This document shows, piece by piece, positions 12,901 through 26,539 of a DNA stretch of 64,000 nucleotides. The translations under genes and the position numbers were made by a program. This stretch comes from Octopus vulgaris (taxonomy: Eukaryota): the NCBI GenBank assembly GCA_951406725.2, contig OX597816.1, positions 47,678,001 to 47,742,000 of the forward strand, in the 5' to 3' direction. The first letter of the stretch is position 1. Each line of letters begins with the position of its first letter. Under the pieces are notes generated by a model that made no database searches, was not told the origin of the DNA, and saw nothing but the letters and a program-made list of their open reading frames with translations.

Positions 12901-13682
12901 GCTGGAGCACCACCTTTAATCGAGCAACTCGACACCGGGACTTATTCTTTTGTAAGCCCAGTACTTATTCTATCGGTCTCTTTTGCCGAACCGCTAAGTA
13001 ACGGGGACATAAACACACCAGCATCGGTTGTCAAGCAATGCTAGGGGGACAAACACAGACACACAAACACACACACGCATATATATGAATATATATGACG
13101 GGCTTCTTTCAGTTTCCGTCTACCAAATCCACTCACAAGGCTTTGGTCAGTCTGAGGCTATAGTAGAAGACACTTGCCCAAGGTGCCACGCAGTGGGACT
13201 GAATCTGGAACCATGTGGTTGGTAAGCAAGCTACTAACCACACAGCCGCTCCTGTGCTTGTGCATAGTTTTTTTTTTATTGCATATAATAGTCATTAAGA
13301 GTTTACAATTTTTATTGTTGAATGTGCTTTTCTTAATATAAGCTTTTTTTATAAAAAAAAGATTGAATAGAAACTATATAAATAAATAAAGATGCCAATA
13401 ACTGTTTTTTTGGGGGAGGGGGCGGGATTGTGGGTGGGTTGCATATAATTTATAAAAAGTTATATAGGTAATATTTAACCAATACAAAGTTAATAACATT
13501 AAAACAAGTTTACAGTTCCTTAAATTTTCAGTATTCAAAACGCAGAATTAGGGGTGGTGGAGCTATGTGAGGGGTAGGGGTGGTCGCATACTTTTTAAAA
13601 TCTACTAATTTATTTCTCACCCCAAAATGAACACCAAGAAATATGTGGACTCAGAATATAAAATATCAACTCCACTCCCTAA
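9914..13682 (+). mobile_element. hATm-like DNA transposon with pseudogenised transposase (~10420-12580)
   Basis: TTAGG...CCTAA termini; ADRYQVSCRAAAAIVNAALKD, GFDSTKD, KEHYVIVKEPGDEYLDHVSP, DGT..NTG, KPLQWLICQLHTNELLFRH, PGKIHHAR, SCHN..ERAINLVT; stops and frameshifts; no clean TSD. Confidence 0.7.
12650..13258 (-). mobile_element. tRNA-derived CORE-type SINE family B: partial copy (12650-12848) plus full copy (12850-13258) nested in the hATm-like element
   Basis: Minus strand A box cggctgtgtgg, B-box-like gattcagtccc, ccttgggcaagtg block, internal CA/TA tract, tail gactgaaacaagtaaaagag. Confidence 0.85.
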
Positions 13683-13690
13683 TATATACA

Positions 13691-14051
13691 TACCATATAT
13701 TCTGGATTATAAGATACATTTTTTTTCCAGAATTTCCCTCTGAAATGTCACCCTGTGCCTTATATGTTTAAGGTAAGGCTTTGGTTAGATTTGGTCAGTG
13801 TTATTAATGATGGACAATATTGGTGATAGTGGAGATCAGTGATGATATTTGATAATGTTAAAGTAATAGGGTAACTTAGCCTACCAAAGGGTATCAGTAA
13901 ATTTTCATGGTTCCTATATATGAAAAAGTGAGACAATCAACCAGAGGATTCAGGGTTAGCTGCAATTTTATTTTTTCGGACATTAGGCCTGCCAAAATTG
14001 GGGTGTGCCTTATATTATGCCTGTGCAACTTACATGCCTCAAAATACAGTA
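13691..14051. mobile_element. pogo/Tigger-like MITE
   Basis: Degenerate TA-flanked ends taccatatattctggattataag / cttacatgcctcaaaatacagta with repeated gtgccttatat motifs. Confidence 0.5.
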
Positions 14052-14065
14052 CATATATATAAATA

Positions 14066-14275
14066 GTTAATCTGAACATGAAAACACAAAGAGAAAACAC
14101 AGCAACACAAGGACGTGGAACAAGTATAGTGTTATTGGACGCCCAGGAAAGGAATGAAAGAAGGAGGATTTAACGTTTCGAGCAGAGCTCTTCATCAGAA
14201 ACATAGAAAAAGGAAAGATACAAGGAAGGGAAGACAGAGAAAGAAAATCGCCAACGATACACACACGGTCACATA
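14066..14275 (-). mobile_element. PLE pLTR-like fragment with hammerhead motif (14168-14202)
   Basis: Minus strand ttt-CTGATGA-a-gagc-tct-gctc-GAAAC-gtt-aaa; homologous to 26089-26295. Confidence 0.7.
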
Positions 14276-14434
14276 TATATATACTTGCACATGTATGTGT
14301 GCATGCGCATACACACAAACACATGCAGACATACACACACACATACATACAAGGATACATGTATAAATACATAGATTACCTATTTTCGAGTGAGGTGTGT
14401 GTTAATGTATATGTATGTGTAAAACTTATGTGTA

Positions 14435-14650
14435 TGAGAGGGTGATGAAAAGTTCCTGGCTTTCAGTGTATAACGAAAGGCCTGGTTGAAGGCCTATTCT
14501 TCCGAGTTCTTTTACAAGGCTTTGAAAAACTGAAGGACCACTGCAATAACCATGTAAATCAGAAAGGGGAATATGTTGAATAAAATCAAAAGTGATCCTC
14601 CTCTATTTTCTTTTAGCCCAAGGCCAGTAAATTCTCAACACTGGCTCATA
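14435..14650 (+). mobile_element. Non-autonomous mariner derivative
   Basis: Ends gagagggtgatgaaaagttcctggc / gccagtaaattctcaacactggctca; retains a transposase C-terminus ..KLKDHCN..KGEYVE*; second copy at 16362-16530. Confidence 0.65.
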
Positions 14651-14970
14651 TGTATATGTTAGATGTCTGTCTCCAGAAGTACAAACACATTTACTGTGAC
14701 AATGAGGTCTGAATTCATGACTGTAGTTTCAATAGTCCAGTACCTTAATGACATGGTTGCAGTACTTCACAACAGACAGACAGACAGATAGACAGACATA
14801 CACACACACACACACAAACACACATGTTTATTGTATTAATGAAAATACAGGAGTAGTGGTTAATGATAATTAGATATGAAACCCTAGGCAACACAGTGCC
14901 ATATAATTCAGTGAAACTGAGACAATACTCACACACTCACACACTCTCATGTATAAATATATATATATAT

Positions 14971-15073
14971 CATCATCATCATCATCATCGTTTAACGTCC
15001 GTTCTCCATGCTAGCATGGGTTGGACGGTTCGACCGGGGTTCTGGGAAGCCAGAAGGCTGCACCAGGCTCCAG

Positions 15074-15116
<43 letters not shown>

Positions 15117-15420
15117 CAAACACACACACATATATATATATCATATTATGTATAGTTACTTCTATATATATGTATAAATATATGTTATATATGTTTGTAT
15201 ATTTATATATGTATGTTGTATATATATATATATGTATTATATATATATATCTATGTACATCATCATCATCATCATCATCGTTTAACGTCCGTTTTCCGCG
15301 CTAGCACGGGTTGGACGGTTTCGACCGGGGTCTGGGGAGCCAGGGGCTGCCCCAGGCTCCAGTCTGGTCTGGCAGTGTTTCTACAGCTGGATGCCCTTCC
15401 TAACGCCAACTACTCCGCAA
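14971..15420 (-). mobile_element. Two RTE 3' tail fragments (14971-15077, 15258-15420) among TA microsatellites
   Basis: (cat)n-cgtttaacgtccgtt..gctagca.gggttggacgg...ccaggctccagtct. Confidence 0.8.
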
Positions 15421-15459
15421 GTGTATATATATATATATGTATATATATGTGTATATATA

Positions 15460-15495
<36 letters not shown>

Positions 15496-15496
15496 A

Positions 15497-15585
<89 letters not shown>

Positions 15586-15830
15586 TGTATATATATACAT
15601 ATATGTACATATATAAATGTGAAGTTTTGTAGCAAGTAACCGTCAATCTGAACTCTTAAATATTGGTTTTCTGTAATTTTAAGTATGTAATTATTCTTGG
15701 AATTGGAATGATGCCTGAAACATTTAAGCGCTGGTCACAAGTTCAAAAGTTTTCCAAAGGTGTAATATACATCATCATCATCACCCTCATCACAATCGCC
15801 CTCTTGCTGCTGTTGCTGCTGCTGCTGCTG

Positions 15831-15919
<89 letters not shown>

Positions 15920-16539
15920 ACCACCACCACAACCACCACTTCCCTCCTCCTCCTCATTATGATCATCATCATCACTTTCTGTGTGTGTGTGTACATGTTA
16001 TATGCTTCTGTGTGTGAGTGTGTGTGTAGCTATTCATCTATATTCATAGACACATGCATTCATATGGCTTCATCATCAAAATTGTTTTAACTCCCATTTT
16101 TCTGTGGTTTCATGGATCAGATGAAATTCATTGAACCAGATTTTCCATGACCAGTTGCCATTCCTGTCAACAAGTTTCATCTGCTTCCATGTAAGACTTT
16201 ATTTCCCATGATGCTCCAAACATGAACAGTACAATAGCTGGACATCATTATGCAGAATATTGCAGATGAATGGCATCAATTGTACGAGAACGACAGTTTA
16301 CAACCAGCAGAGATCTCAAGGAGACATGGACACACACACACACATACATATGCATACACGTACACTGAAAAGTTCATGACTTCAAGGGTATTGCAGAAAG
16401 CTTGGTTGAAGGCTCAGCCATCTGAGTTCTTTTACAGGGCTGAGAAAAACTGAAGGACCACTGCAATAAGTGGGGGAATATGAGGGGAGAATATGTTGAA
16501 TAAAATCATAATTAACTGATTCTCTTTTTCTGGAGGCCT

Positions 16540-17170
16540 TCTGACAAATTCTTGCTTATTAGGAAGTGAAACGACCCATGTTACACAATGAAAACAGTGA
16601 GGTTTGTGGGCTGAGAGTCTGATGCTTTGGAAATACATAGAAAGTGATGGTTCAAGAAAGTTGGTTAAAATTGAAGGTAACTTGAATAGTACCAAATACA
16701 TCCAGGACAATTTGATACCAGACTTGGATGAAGGTAAGATTTTTTCAGCATGACGAAGCTCCATGCCACAGATCATGTGCAACACAATAGAGTCTAGCTG
16801 ATGAAGGTGTTACTGTATTGAAAGGTAGATCAGCTCAGAGACCTAACTTAAATATCATTGAGCAAATGTGGACAGAACTAAAGAGAAATTTGTCAGAAGA
16901 ATCCATGCAATCTTGAGGAGTTATGGGAGCTCAGCCACAAAGAATGGCATCTCATATCTATGAAGATGGTGAAAGATTTGTATGCATATCTTCCCAGCTG
17001 CATTGAAGCAATTATTAAAACTAAGGGAAGCCACACAAAATATTAACAATGTACAGTAACTTGAAATGAACGTTATGTAATAAATTTTCATTACAGACAT
17101 TTTTCTGTCTTAAAGCACTGTATCTTGATTGGTTTAAGTGAGGTGGCTGAAAACTTTTGCACAGCCATTT
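16540..17170 (+). mobile_element. Tc1-type (DD34E-like) transposon 3' half, decayed
   Basis: FQHDEAPCH...SAQRPNLNIIEQMWTELKR; ..AIIKTKGSHTKY*; right TIR-like ggtggctgaaaacttttgcacag. Confidence 0.8.
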
Positions 17171-17202
17171 ATATATATATTATCATAAGAGATATATATA
17201 TA

Positions 17203-18025
17203 CTAGCAGTATTGCCTGGCTCGTGCGCTCATGCGTTCTATACACACGCAAATTAAGCTAAACTTGGATGAAGTTCAATCAAAATTCAATTATTTTGGTT
17301 TTAAAATCAAGCATTTAATGCCCTCTATTTTTGTGCTTATGTGTTTCATTTCCTCAATAGGAAGTACGTAGAAGCATTTCATAAATTTTTGTTGATCAAA
17401 TAAATGCATTGTTGAATTATTCTTTTAGATCAGTATTTCTCAATGGGGATTTCAGGGGAGAGTTTCAGGGAATCGCTGGCGATGTATCATGATGATCAAA
17501 AATCCGGCCTGCTAAAATTTGGTTAAAGTGATTCAAACTGCAGACTCAACGCAAAATGGTCACATTTAATTCAAAGCGTTAAAAATGTTATGAAAACAAT
17601 TGGTATGTGTTCACAAAGTCCAAACGATTAATACGAAAAAACCCTCGAAGCTACATCCCGAAAATTCATTTTTTCACTGAATTTCTACAATGTTTACGGC
17701 GATTCGTTTTTATATCTTGATTTTTTATTTTTCATGCAATTTACGCATGCTTGCATGCGTGGTGAACACAGTTCACATCAAACAGCTGACTGAGTAAAGT
17801 TCACTATTCAATGCATGGGATAAGGCCTAAACAAACACATTATCGATTTTTGCCCTTGCGAGATGAATTTTGGAACAGAAATAGCGCAGTTCAATTTTCA
17901 TTCGCCTAAACTTTAAGTGACCCATTTTTGGTAGTTCTACGATTTGTTGGCTAGGAGGAGATGTGCCGGGAAGTTAAACACACAGACACACAAGTTGAGT
18001 TATATATATATATATATATATATGA
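17203..18025 (-). mobile_element. Non-autonomous Helitron-like element
   Basis: On the minus strand begins TC and ends CTAG, inserted between A and T; (CA)/(TA) tract near the 5' end; no TSD. Confidence 0.55.
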
Positions 18026-18725
18026 TCTGCCAATACTTTAAAGATTGAACTATCCAACACAAACACTCTTTTGATGACTGAAATGGAAAAGCTGTCATAT
18101 CTTTAGCTGCACATGAAAATCTTCAACCATTCTATTTAGCATATCTTCGAAAATCCTTATGTGCCAGCATGTTTGAAACACAGTATCTTATGAAATTGCA
18201 TTTTTGAAACCAAGAATTTTTACGTGAAGATTTTGAACTCATATTTTTTTTGCTGATATTGGGCATATATAACTCTGAAATATTATAAACCCATTCATTT
18301 CACTAATAGGTAATCCACCTCCTACATTGAACTAAATCCTATTTACTTTGTATTTATTTTGTCATGTAAAAAGATTGGATTAATTCTTATTCATATTCTA
18401 TGTTCGTGTTTTTTATTTTTACATAAATCACGTGTTTATTTGTATTTGAATACCTTTTATACACTGTTAGACACACACACACACACACACATACACACAC
18501 ACACACTCACACACTCACACACATGCGCACACTCTCACACACACACAAATATACATATATCTTATATAACTATCATGATCGCTTTTTCTATGCTAGCATA
18601 TATCAGATAAAACTAATTGAGTCATGTTATCTATGGTTGGGTGCCTTTCCTGTTGCCTGTCTTAACTTGTTTTCAAGAATCCTTATATACAATACACATT
18701 TACACACTTCACATATAAATGTGTA

Positions 18726-18771
<46 letters not shown>

Positions 18772-18775
<4 letters not shown>

Positions 18776-20543
18776 ATGTTGATTCAAAAATCTTTTGTGC
18801 TTCAAGCTCTAATAATTGTACAAACAATTTACATACCAAAAGTGGTTATTCATCAAAATATATCCTATCATATTCTATTGTCTGTTGCCATTATTGTACC
18901 AGAAACTTAATTCCACATTTATACCTTTTGGTTGGTTTTGGGCCAAAAAACTCTCTGCTCTTTGTTTTCAGCCTCATACACATTGTCAAACTTCCATCTG
19001 TATTGGAAATGAACCATTTCTTGGAAAAGGGGGTAATCTGTTGATGCAAAGTCTTGACTGTAGACAGGGTGATGTAGCACTTTGGGTCCCTCAAGTTCAA
19101 GTTTGCACTTGGTCACATTGGCAGTGTGTGCTGGGACATTGTCATGCTGTGGGAGTGTGCATCTTTGATTGACCAATGCTTGGCAGTGAGCTTTTTAAGC
19201 ATCGTACACTTACTGCAGCTGTTGAGCATAAAGGTTAGCACTCACAAAAAGACCACCTGAAAAAAAAAATCAAAGTGCAACACTTCCTTGAAATTTTAAA
19301 AGATACACAACATGACTTCTGTTCAAACTGCCCTTGTTTGACAAAAGGCTATGAACTCTGGTTAGAATAAATCCACTGATTTCTGTTATTAGGATTTACA
19401 AATATAGATCCTTTTATCATCCCCAGTTACAATTCACTGCAAAAAATGTCTATCTTGAGGGTTTGTTATCAGCTGTTTGCAAATGTTCACATGTCAGTGA
19501 GACTGATGTTTGGTCAGCTCATGAGGAACTTCTCAACTGCATCTGTTCATAAGCTTAGCTATGACTAATGGTGCTTTGTGAAGGACTGAGTTATGCTGAC
19601 AATATTATGAATGCTTGTACTTGGCTGTTGTTCAATCACGTCAAGCAAAGCTTCATCTTCCACAACAGAAGCTTTCCCTGAACTTGACTTGTCTTTGAGG
19701 CTGTTGTCACCTGCCTTGAAATGTTTGAACCACATATTCGCTGCCAGTTCCTGGGCATTCAACATCATCAATTTATTTTGGTCAGTGCCTATGTTCTCAA
19801 TCATATTTTTCCAAGATAGTAATAAAATGGCTCTAATCGTAATTTTTTCACCGCTCATTATGAAAGCTCTAAAATAAAGAATAAACAATGTTTATTTTTC
19901 GTTTTTGGATTTGTTTTGCAAGATTCTTTATGCGAGTTCGTGTATTCTGTTGTGTCTGGGGCGAGTCATTTTCTTTTTGTGCCTTATAATTTAACACACT
20001 CACCAGTAAAATTTCCACTTATTTTTATTTTCCTAAAATTTTAGTTGTATCTTGCAACCTTTTCAATAGTCTTGGATGTGTCGAGTTGCGGGTTGGGTCG
20101 AAGGTCAAGGAAATGTTGGAGTGCACGCAACCCCTCGTGGTGAGGTTCACCGTGTAAAGGCTCTGGACGTCGAGAGTGAAGAGAAGTTTAGAAGAGCCAA
20201 GAGGGAAGGAGAAAGAGTTGAACAAACGAAGTGCATGGTTGGTGTCATGGATGTGAGAGGGGAGGGAAGCCACTAGGGGAGAAAGGATACTCAGTGTAAA
20301 TAATGGACAGAGTCAGGACTATTGAAAATTTTAGGAAAATTAGTGGAAATTTTACCGGTGAGTGTGTTAAATTATAAGGCACAAAAAGAAAATTGCTCTC
20401 CCCAGGCACAACAGAATTAATGTTTATTTGTTATATACGAAAATAAAGAAACAATTTAGCAATGATTGTGCAGCAAGTAATATCATATTAATGATTTTCA
20501 ATAGAGATACAAGTTGCAAAAAAATCGTCAGTGAAAACCTGTA
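18772..20543 (-). mobile_element. Mariner (DD34D-type) transposon, decayed, interrupted by a PLE insertion at 19898-20418
   Basis: N-term IRAILLLSWK..WFKHFKAGDNSLKDKSSSGK; HDNVPAHTA...LHHPVYSQDFASTDYPLF; outer ends degenerate. Confidence 0.8.
19898..20418 (-). mobile_element. Penelope-like element insertion: RT fragment between ~100-bp inverted repeats, with 11-bp TSD
   Basis: SLPSHIHDTNHALRLFNSF..LLFTLDVQSLYT (PLE RT motif); 19945-20070 inverted versus 20317-20417; aatgtttattt at 19887-19897 and 20419-20429. Confidence 0.8.
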
Positions 20544-20558
20544 TAAACTGAATAAATC

Positions 20559-21337
20559 TGTCTTCGTCTTTTTTTGTGAATTCTCCCCTTATATTACACG
20601 CTCATGTGGTCGCACCAGCCTATCCTGTCTCCTCTAATCACCCAACGAACTTTTACGGATTCTCTACCTGGACTTTCTACTACACTTCAGCTGCACCTCT
20701 CCTGCCCATGGTTTACACAGGATTCTTTTGTTGATGAAAAATCGCTCCAATACACCACGACGTTCGAAGCTTTTGGACCTTTTGAACTTTTCGCAACTTT
20801 TTTTATACTTTCTGCTTTTTCCTATTGCCATTTCTTCCAATTCTGTTTTTCTCTAATCCGCATCTGTTACCTTGCTTCTCTCTCTCCCTCCCTTTCTTTT
20901 CCCCTTTCATCTTCTCTTCTGCACTTCTTCCCCCTTTTCTCTCTGTTTCTTCCATCTTCGTCTTTTCTTTCCCTGTTTTTATTTTTTTTTCCCACCTCTC
21001 ATATATATTTTTTTCTCTTCACGCCTTTTGCTTTCTTTTTTCCTCACACCTTTTGAATTTTTCCTCCCCACGTCTTTATTTACCTTCTCTCTCCCCCTTT
21101 CCCCCTTTTTTCTTCTTTCTTTCTCTTCTCTTTTCGTTTTACAATCATGCCCGATTACAAACCTTTCCTCCTCCACCTACACATTCTTTATTTTCTCTCC
21201 TTGTTTCTTTCTGTGGAAGAGCGTAGGCTCAAAACGTTAAAGACTTTTTCACTTCACGAAGGTTAAACTACTACAACTGTTTGTCGTCTACACCACCTGT
21301 CTTCGTCTTTTGTTTTTTTTTTTTGTGAATTCTCCCT
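20559..21337 (+). mobile_element. PLE-like remnant with short terminal direct repeat and degenerate hammerhead (21206-21243)
   Basis: tgtcttcgtctttt..gtgaattctccc at both ends; tcttt-ctgtgga-a-gagc-gtag-gctc-aaaac-gtt-aaaga. Confidence 0.6.
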
Positions 21338-21773
21338 ATATATATATGCATATATATACATATTATATATATATATATATACTTATAATTTTCTTTTGAC
21401 AAACATAGTGTAGAAGTGCTCGAGTCAAACCTGAGGTGCTAGACAAGTATAATAGATACAACAGAAAAGCTTCAAGTCATGCAGACTACGATTAACACAT
21501 ACATATGTGGCTTTATTTAAGATAAAATAAGAATTGTCCAATCTGAAACATATATTGATATATTAGAAATATAGAAATATAAAAATATATGAATACTAAA
21601 AATATACATGGACTTACAGATATATAGATATGTAAAGCTAATAATAAGAGAATATAGATAAAAACAATGAAATGTAGAAAAAAAAGACGTTTTTAAAAAT
21701 TCAAAATATAATGTAGAGAAAGTAATAGACATTAAAAAGAGTTTTGGGTAACATGTCAAAGGAAAATAATGTG

Positions 21774-21861
21774 TTCCAACGATCGTTTCACGTGTACATT
21801 CATGCAGATTGTATATGAATTTTAAGATTCATTTACCAAGAATGCTCCCGTCATCAGGGGA
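21774..21861 (-). ncRNA. Hammerhead motif with expanded stem/loop II
   Basis: Minus strand ccc-CTGATGA-(~60 nt)-GAAAC-gatc-GTT-gg; palindromic stem III acgatcgt. Confidence 0.5.
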
Positions 21862-22389
21862 AAATAGTGTTTACACTAGAAATGGATTTAATCCCTTACC
21901 AGGTTTAAGATAATTTGATGCTTTATAGAAGAGTGGATAAAGCTATGTAAATTATGGAAGTTTTTATGAGGGCTGATGGGAGAAAAATTAGATTGTTCAC
22001 AGACCTTCTTAAAATTTATATTTGTATTGGCGATATATTGTTGTACAACAGAGAATATTACTAAGTGGGTTCTAATTTGAACCGTCTCATGAAGGTTGAA
22101 TAGTATCTATGGTTGCAGAAATGAATAGGGTCAGAAAACTTATTTAAAACAGTGGAATTAAACATGCAAAGGATAATATATGATTCTAACCTAACCCTAA
22201 CCCCAACCCTAATCGACATCTGCCTCATTGTATGGTGGGGCCACATCCATGATTGACCAAGACAATGTATAATTAATGTTTTGTGATTTTAAGTTGTGTA
22301 TGCATTATTTTCATTTTTGTGTTATTTTCATTTTTCATTGTTATTTTCATTTTTGTGTAATTTAGACGACAATTCATTCCTTGCATCCT

Positions 22390-22496
<107 letters not shown>

Positions 22497-24289
22497 TATA
22501 CATATGTGTACACACATACCATACAGGGATAATATATATGTGTATTTTTCTGTACTTATAGGTTTACATTTCTAAAAAATTGATTACCCTGGTTCTGATA
22601 GTAAATAAAAATCCTGTGTTGGAACATTTTATCAATTTCCAAGTATATGTACTCATTTAGTTACAATATAAATGGAATTGTATCTATTACTGTTGTAAGT
22701 GTTCATGCATCCATGAATCACATGCCAAAAATTCTAATGAAAATAACTGAGCTGAACAATTTCATTATTCAGTTTAAATATAAGTGTCATTCTATTTAAT
22801 AATATCTAATGAAGCAGGTATACTAACATAATAGTGCTATAATTACATAGCTGTTTATTTATAAGTGTATCATTTTTTATTTAAAATTATATAGTTATAT
22901 ATATTTTTTCAAGTACAAATATTTTTCAATACGAAAATTTCTGTACAAATACATTATATGTACAGTGTATGAAGCATATAAAGAGATAACTTTATGTCGG
23001 TTTTATCCCTATAATCTATTAAACATATGACTCTATTATCTGCTATAAGAGCTATAAAATATTGTATTTAACTTAAAGCATAATTTAATTCTTATATATA
23101 TATTTTATATGGATGCCTGAATGTGTGTGTGTGTGTGTGTGTACATACATACATACATATATATGTGCATTTGTGCTATATATGTATTTTAGAAAAAGAG
23201 TTATGTGTGTATTTATAAGTGTGTGAATCTATCTATCTATCTATCTGTCTGTCTGTCTGTCTGTCTGTCTGATTGTCTGTCTGTCTATCTATCTATCTAT
23301 CTATCTGTCTGTCTGTGTGTGTGTTTGTATATGTATGTATATATGCATATACACATATTCATACATATACATACATATATTCACCACACACGCACACACA
23401 CTCACACACACACTCACACACACATACACATACACACACACACAGCTGCACATGCATGCTACACATATATTTTACATGAATATTTATGTGAAAATTTATG
23501 TAAGGGTCTTTATATATATTCATGTATAAATACATACATGCATACATACATACATACATACAAACATACATACATACATGTGCATTAATGGAGACATATA
23601 TATATATATATATATATATAAACAATGATGATATAACGTATGTATGGATGTATGTATGTATGTGTGTGTACATATATATATATATATGCAGTTATGTATT
23701 TCATCTATCTAGGTAATTTAGTATGTAGAATTATATGTATCTTTATTCTTGTTTTATTCTTTTTCAAGCTTGTTGGGAGATTCTATTTGGGAATTATAAT
23801 CTTAAGGTCTTAATTTTTCTTTTATTCTGTTCTGTTTTGTTCATTTCATACATTCCCACAACTTAGCAATAAAAATCTGAAAGCTTTTTCAGATTTCTAT
23901 TACTCATGCATACATAGTCAATTCATGAAATTATAAATTCTATGGAACCTTTCTCAGTGACATTTATATGCCTTTTTCTAAGTATTAACTGACACACACA
24001 ATCAAGCGACCCCTTACACATATACCATCTCATCACAAACTGCCCTACACAGATATCTATTTCCCTTTTCTAGTTTCATTGACCATTAAAGTTTCTACTG
24101 AAAATTATATTTATGTTTCAAATATGAGTATAGATCACATACCAAAATTCTTATACAATCCTAATTTACATATAATATGTTATATTAACTACTATTTATA
24201 GAAGATGCATGTACCTATGCTTTAAGGCTGGTTTTGTTGTTTGTGTCAATAAAAACTAGTTCTTGCATGAATTTTCCCTCTTCCTTTAG

Positions 24290-24660
24290 TTTTGAAACAT
24301 CAAGCCTTTTTAAACAATGAAATGGAAATTCTGCTTTCTAATTTTAAACCATCTCTTTGAACTTTGGTTTAGTTCGCTTAAGATTATGATCTATGTCGAA
24401 AGCTGCACCTCTTAAAACATAGACATCTTTCACATTATTCAAATCTTTCTTTCTTGCTAGAACATAATCAATCATTTGCCAATTTCTTGAAACCTGGATG
24501 CATCCAGATTCCTTTGTGAATCTCTTCACATTCAAAGAACATGTTACAAACAGTGAAATACAGTTCTATGAATATTTGTAGTAAAAGGAAACCCATCATG
24601 ATATTCTAAACAGTTCTATTTTTCAAAACATTTATCTGCTCCAGTTTTGAAGTCCCATAA
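24290..24660 (-). mobile_element. LINE (RTE-like) APE endonuclease fragment
   Basis: WQMIDYVLARKKDLNNVKDVYVLRGAAFDIDHNL. Confidence 0.7.
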
Positions 24661-24794
24661 GAATTATTATTACCTTAATCTCTAACCAGAATTTCCTTCA
24701 TCAGATTCATAATGTAGTTAGTTGGTTTACACACATACACACACACACTTTTATATGCATATGTGAATATAAATACACACATACTTGAATATAC

Positions 24795-24855
<61 letters not shown>

Positions 24856-25319
24856 CATACATACATACATACACATATATATAAATTATCACTACCACAT
24901 GTCTAACATACATATGTTGTTTAAATGTCAGAATGCCAGAAGCTGGGGTTAAAGACATATAGTGTGTTAAAAACATGATATACTTCAGAGTTTGATGAAG
25001 CAAAATTGTCCCAGAAGTGGTCACGAGAGTGACAGATACCGTATTTCACTGTAGTTGCAGGTTATCAATGTCATATACTTGTGTCACTTCCAAAACAAAT
25101 CAAAATGATTAGTCTGAAGTATATACAGACAATGTATAAACTATATGCTGATTTTCAATGGCGATCTGTAAGCAGAATAAATTTGACTTATGCAAAGAAG
25201 CAGTTCAATAATGAAAATATTATCAATCCCCCATATTTGTTTAAACATGAAAAGATGTGATTTTATGTCTGGGAAAAATCCTTTTAAAGATGTATAGTAA
25301 CAATATAACAATATACTTT

Positions 25320-25745
25320 ATCACCTGGATCACCTAGATCAGCCAGGCTGTCTGGTGCCAAGTTGGCTCCAATAGCCACAGCATTTGTTCCATTCCCCTC
25401 ATGCTTTTGCTGTTCTCCTCCATGTTGTTCCAAACATCTTTCTTAAATCGTCTTCCCACCTGATTGGAAGTCTTCCGAGTGGTCCCTTCCATTCATGTGG
25501 GTACGGGTACCACTCAACAACTGCATGGGTCCACCGATTGTCTGTGAACCTTGTGACATGACCAGTCCATCATAGCTTTCTGTGGTGGTGTTCTGTGACG
25601 ATGTCTTTCACTCCAGTTCTATTCCTGATCTCCTCTTTCTGTATGTAATCTTTTAGTAAGACTCCCAACATCAATCTTTCCATGGCTCTTTGCACTGTAA
25701 GCAGATGTTGTTCTTCTATCTTCATCAAGTCCCAAGTCTCACATA
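25320..25745 (-). mobile_element. RTE LINE ORF C-terminal fragment
   Basis: ETWDL..LLTVQRAMERLMLGV..EEIRNRTGVKDIV..WTGHVTRFTDNRWT..WEDDL. Confidence 0.8.
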
Positions 25746-26088
25746 GCTAGGCAAAATGGAATCACCACAGAAGTGATCATGAGAGCAACAGATACTGTAT
25801 TTTGCTGTAGTTTTGGTTCATCAATGTCACACACACGTATCACTCTTGAAACATGTCACATATGCATATCACGTAATTTATTTAAGGCTGGATACCTTTC
25901 CTGTTGTCAATCTTCATTTGCTTCAAAGCATAAAGGATAAAGGATAGAGACCCCCTTCAGTCATGAATGACCATGGGATTGCACCTGGAAAGTTCCCCAA
26001 CAAGGTAAAAGTTTTATTTTTAGAGTATACATACATATATATATATATATATTTTTAGAGTATACATACATATATATATATATATAAA

Positions 26089-26295
26089 GTTAATCCAAAC
26101 AAGAAAACACAGAAAAAAACACAGCAACGCGAGGACGTGGAACAATTAAAGTATTATTTGACGCTCAGGAAAGAAGGGAAGGAGGGTTTAACGTTTCGAG
26201 CGGAGCTCTTCGTCGGAAACAAGGAGAAGGAAAGATCCCAAGAAGGGAAAACAGAGGAAAAAAATATTTTTGCTGGTGGTGCTCAAGAGATCACA
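26089..26295 (-). mobile_element. PLE pLTR-like fragment with hammerhead motif (26186-26220)
   Basis: Minus strand gttt-CCGACGA-a-gagc-tcc-gctc-GAAAC-gtt-aaac; same family as 14066-14275. Confidence 0.7.
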
Positions 26296-26539
26296 TATAT
26301 ATATACATACATACACATGCGTAAATGCTTATGCACACTCACATGTAAACACAACAAATTTATTTTAGTTTCTCTCTACCAAATCCATTCACAAGGCCTT
26401 CTCCAGCCTGGGGATTCTCATAGAAAACACTTTCCCAAGTTATTGCATTCTAGGCTGAATTTGAAAGCATGTGGCTGGAAAGTGAACTTCTTCTTGATAT
26501 AGCCAGGTTAAGCCTGCTCTAATAACTACTAATGGTGAT

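Noticed and set aside
22186-22212. Telomere-like (CCCTAA)n
   Set aside because: Only about four imperfect units inside probable repeat debris; not a telomere
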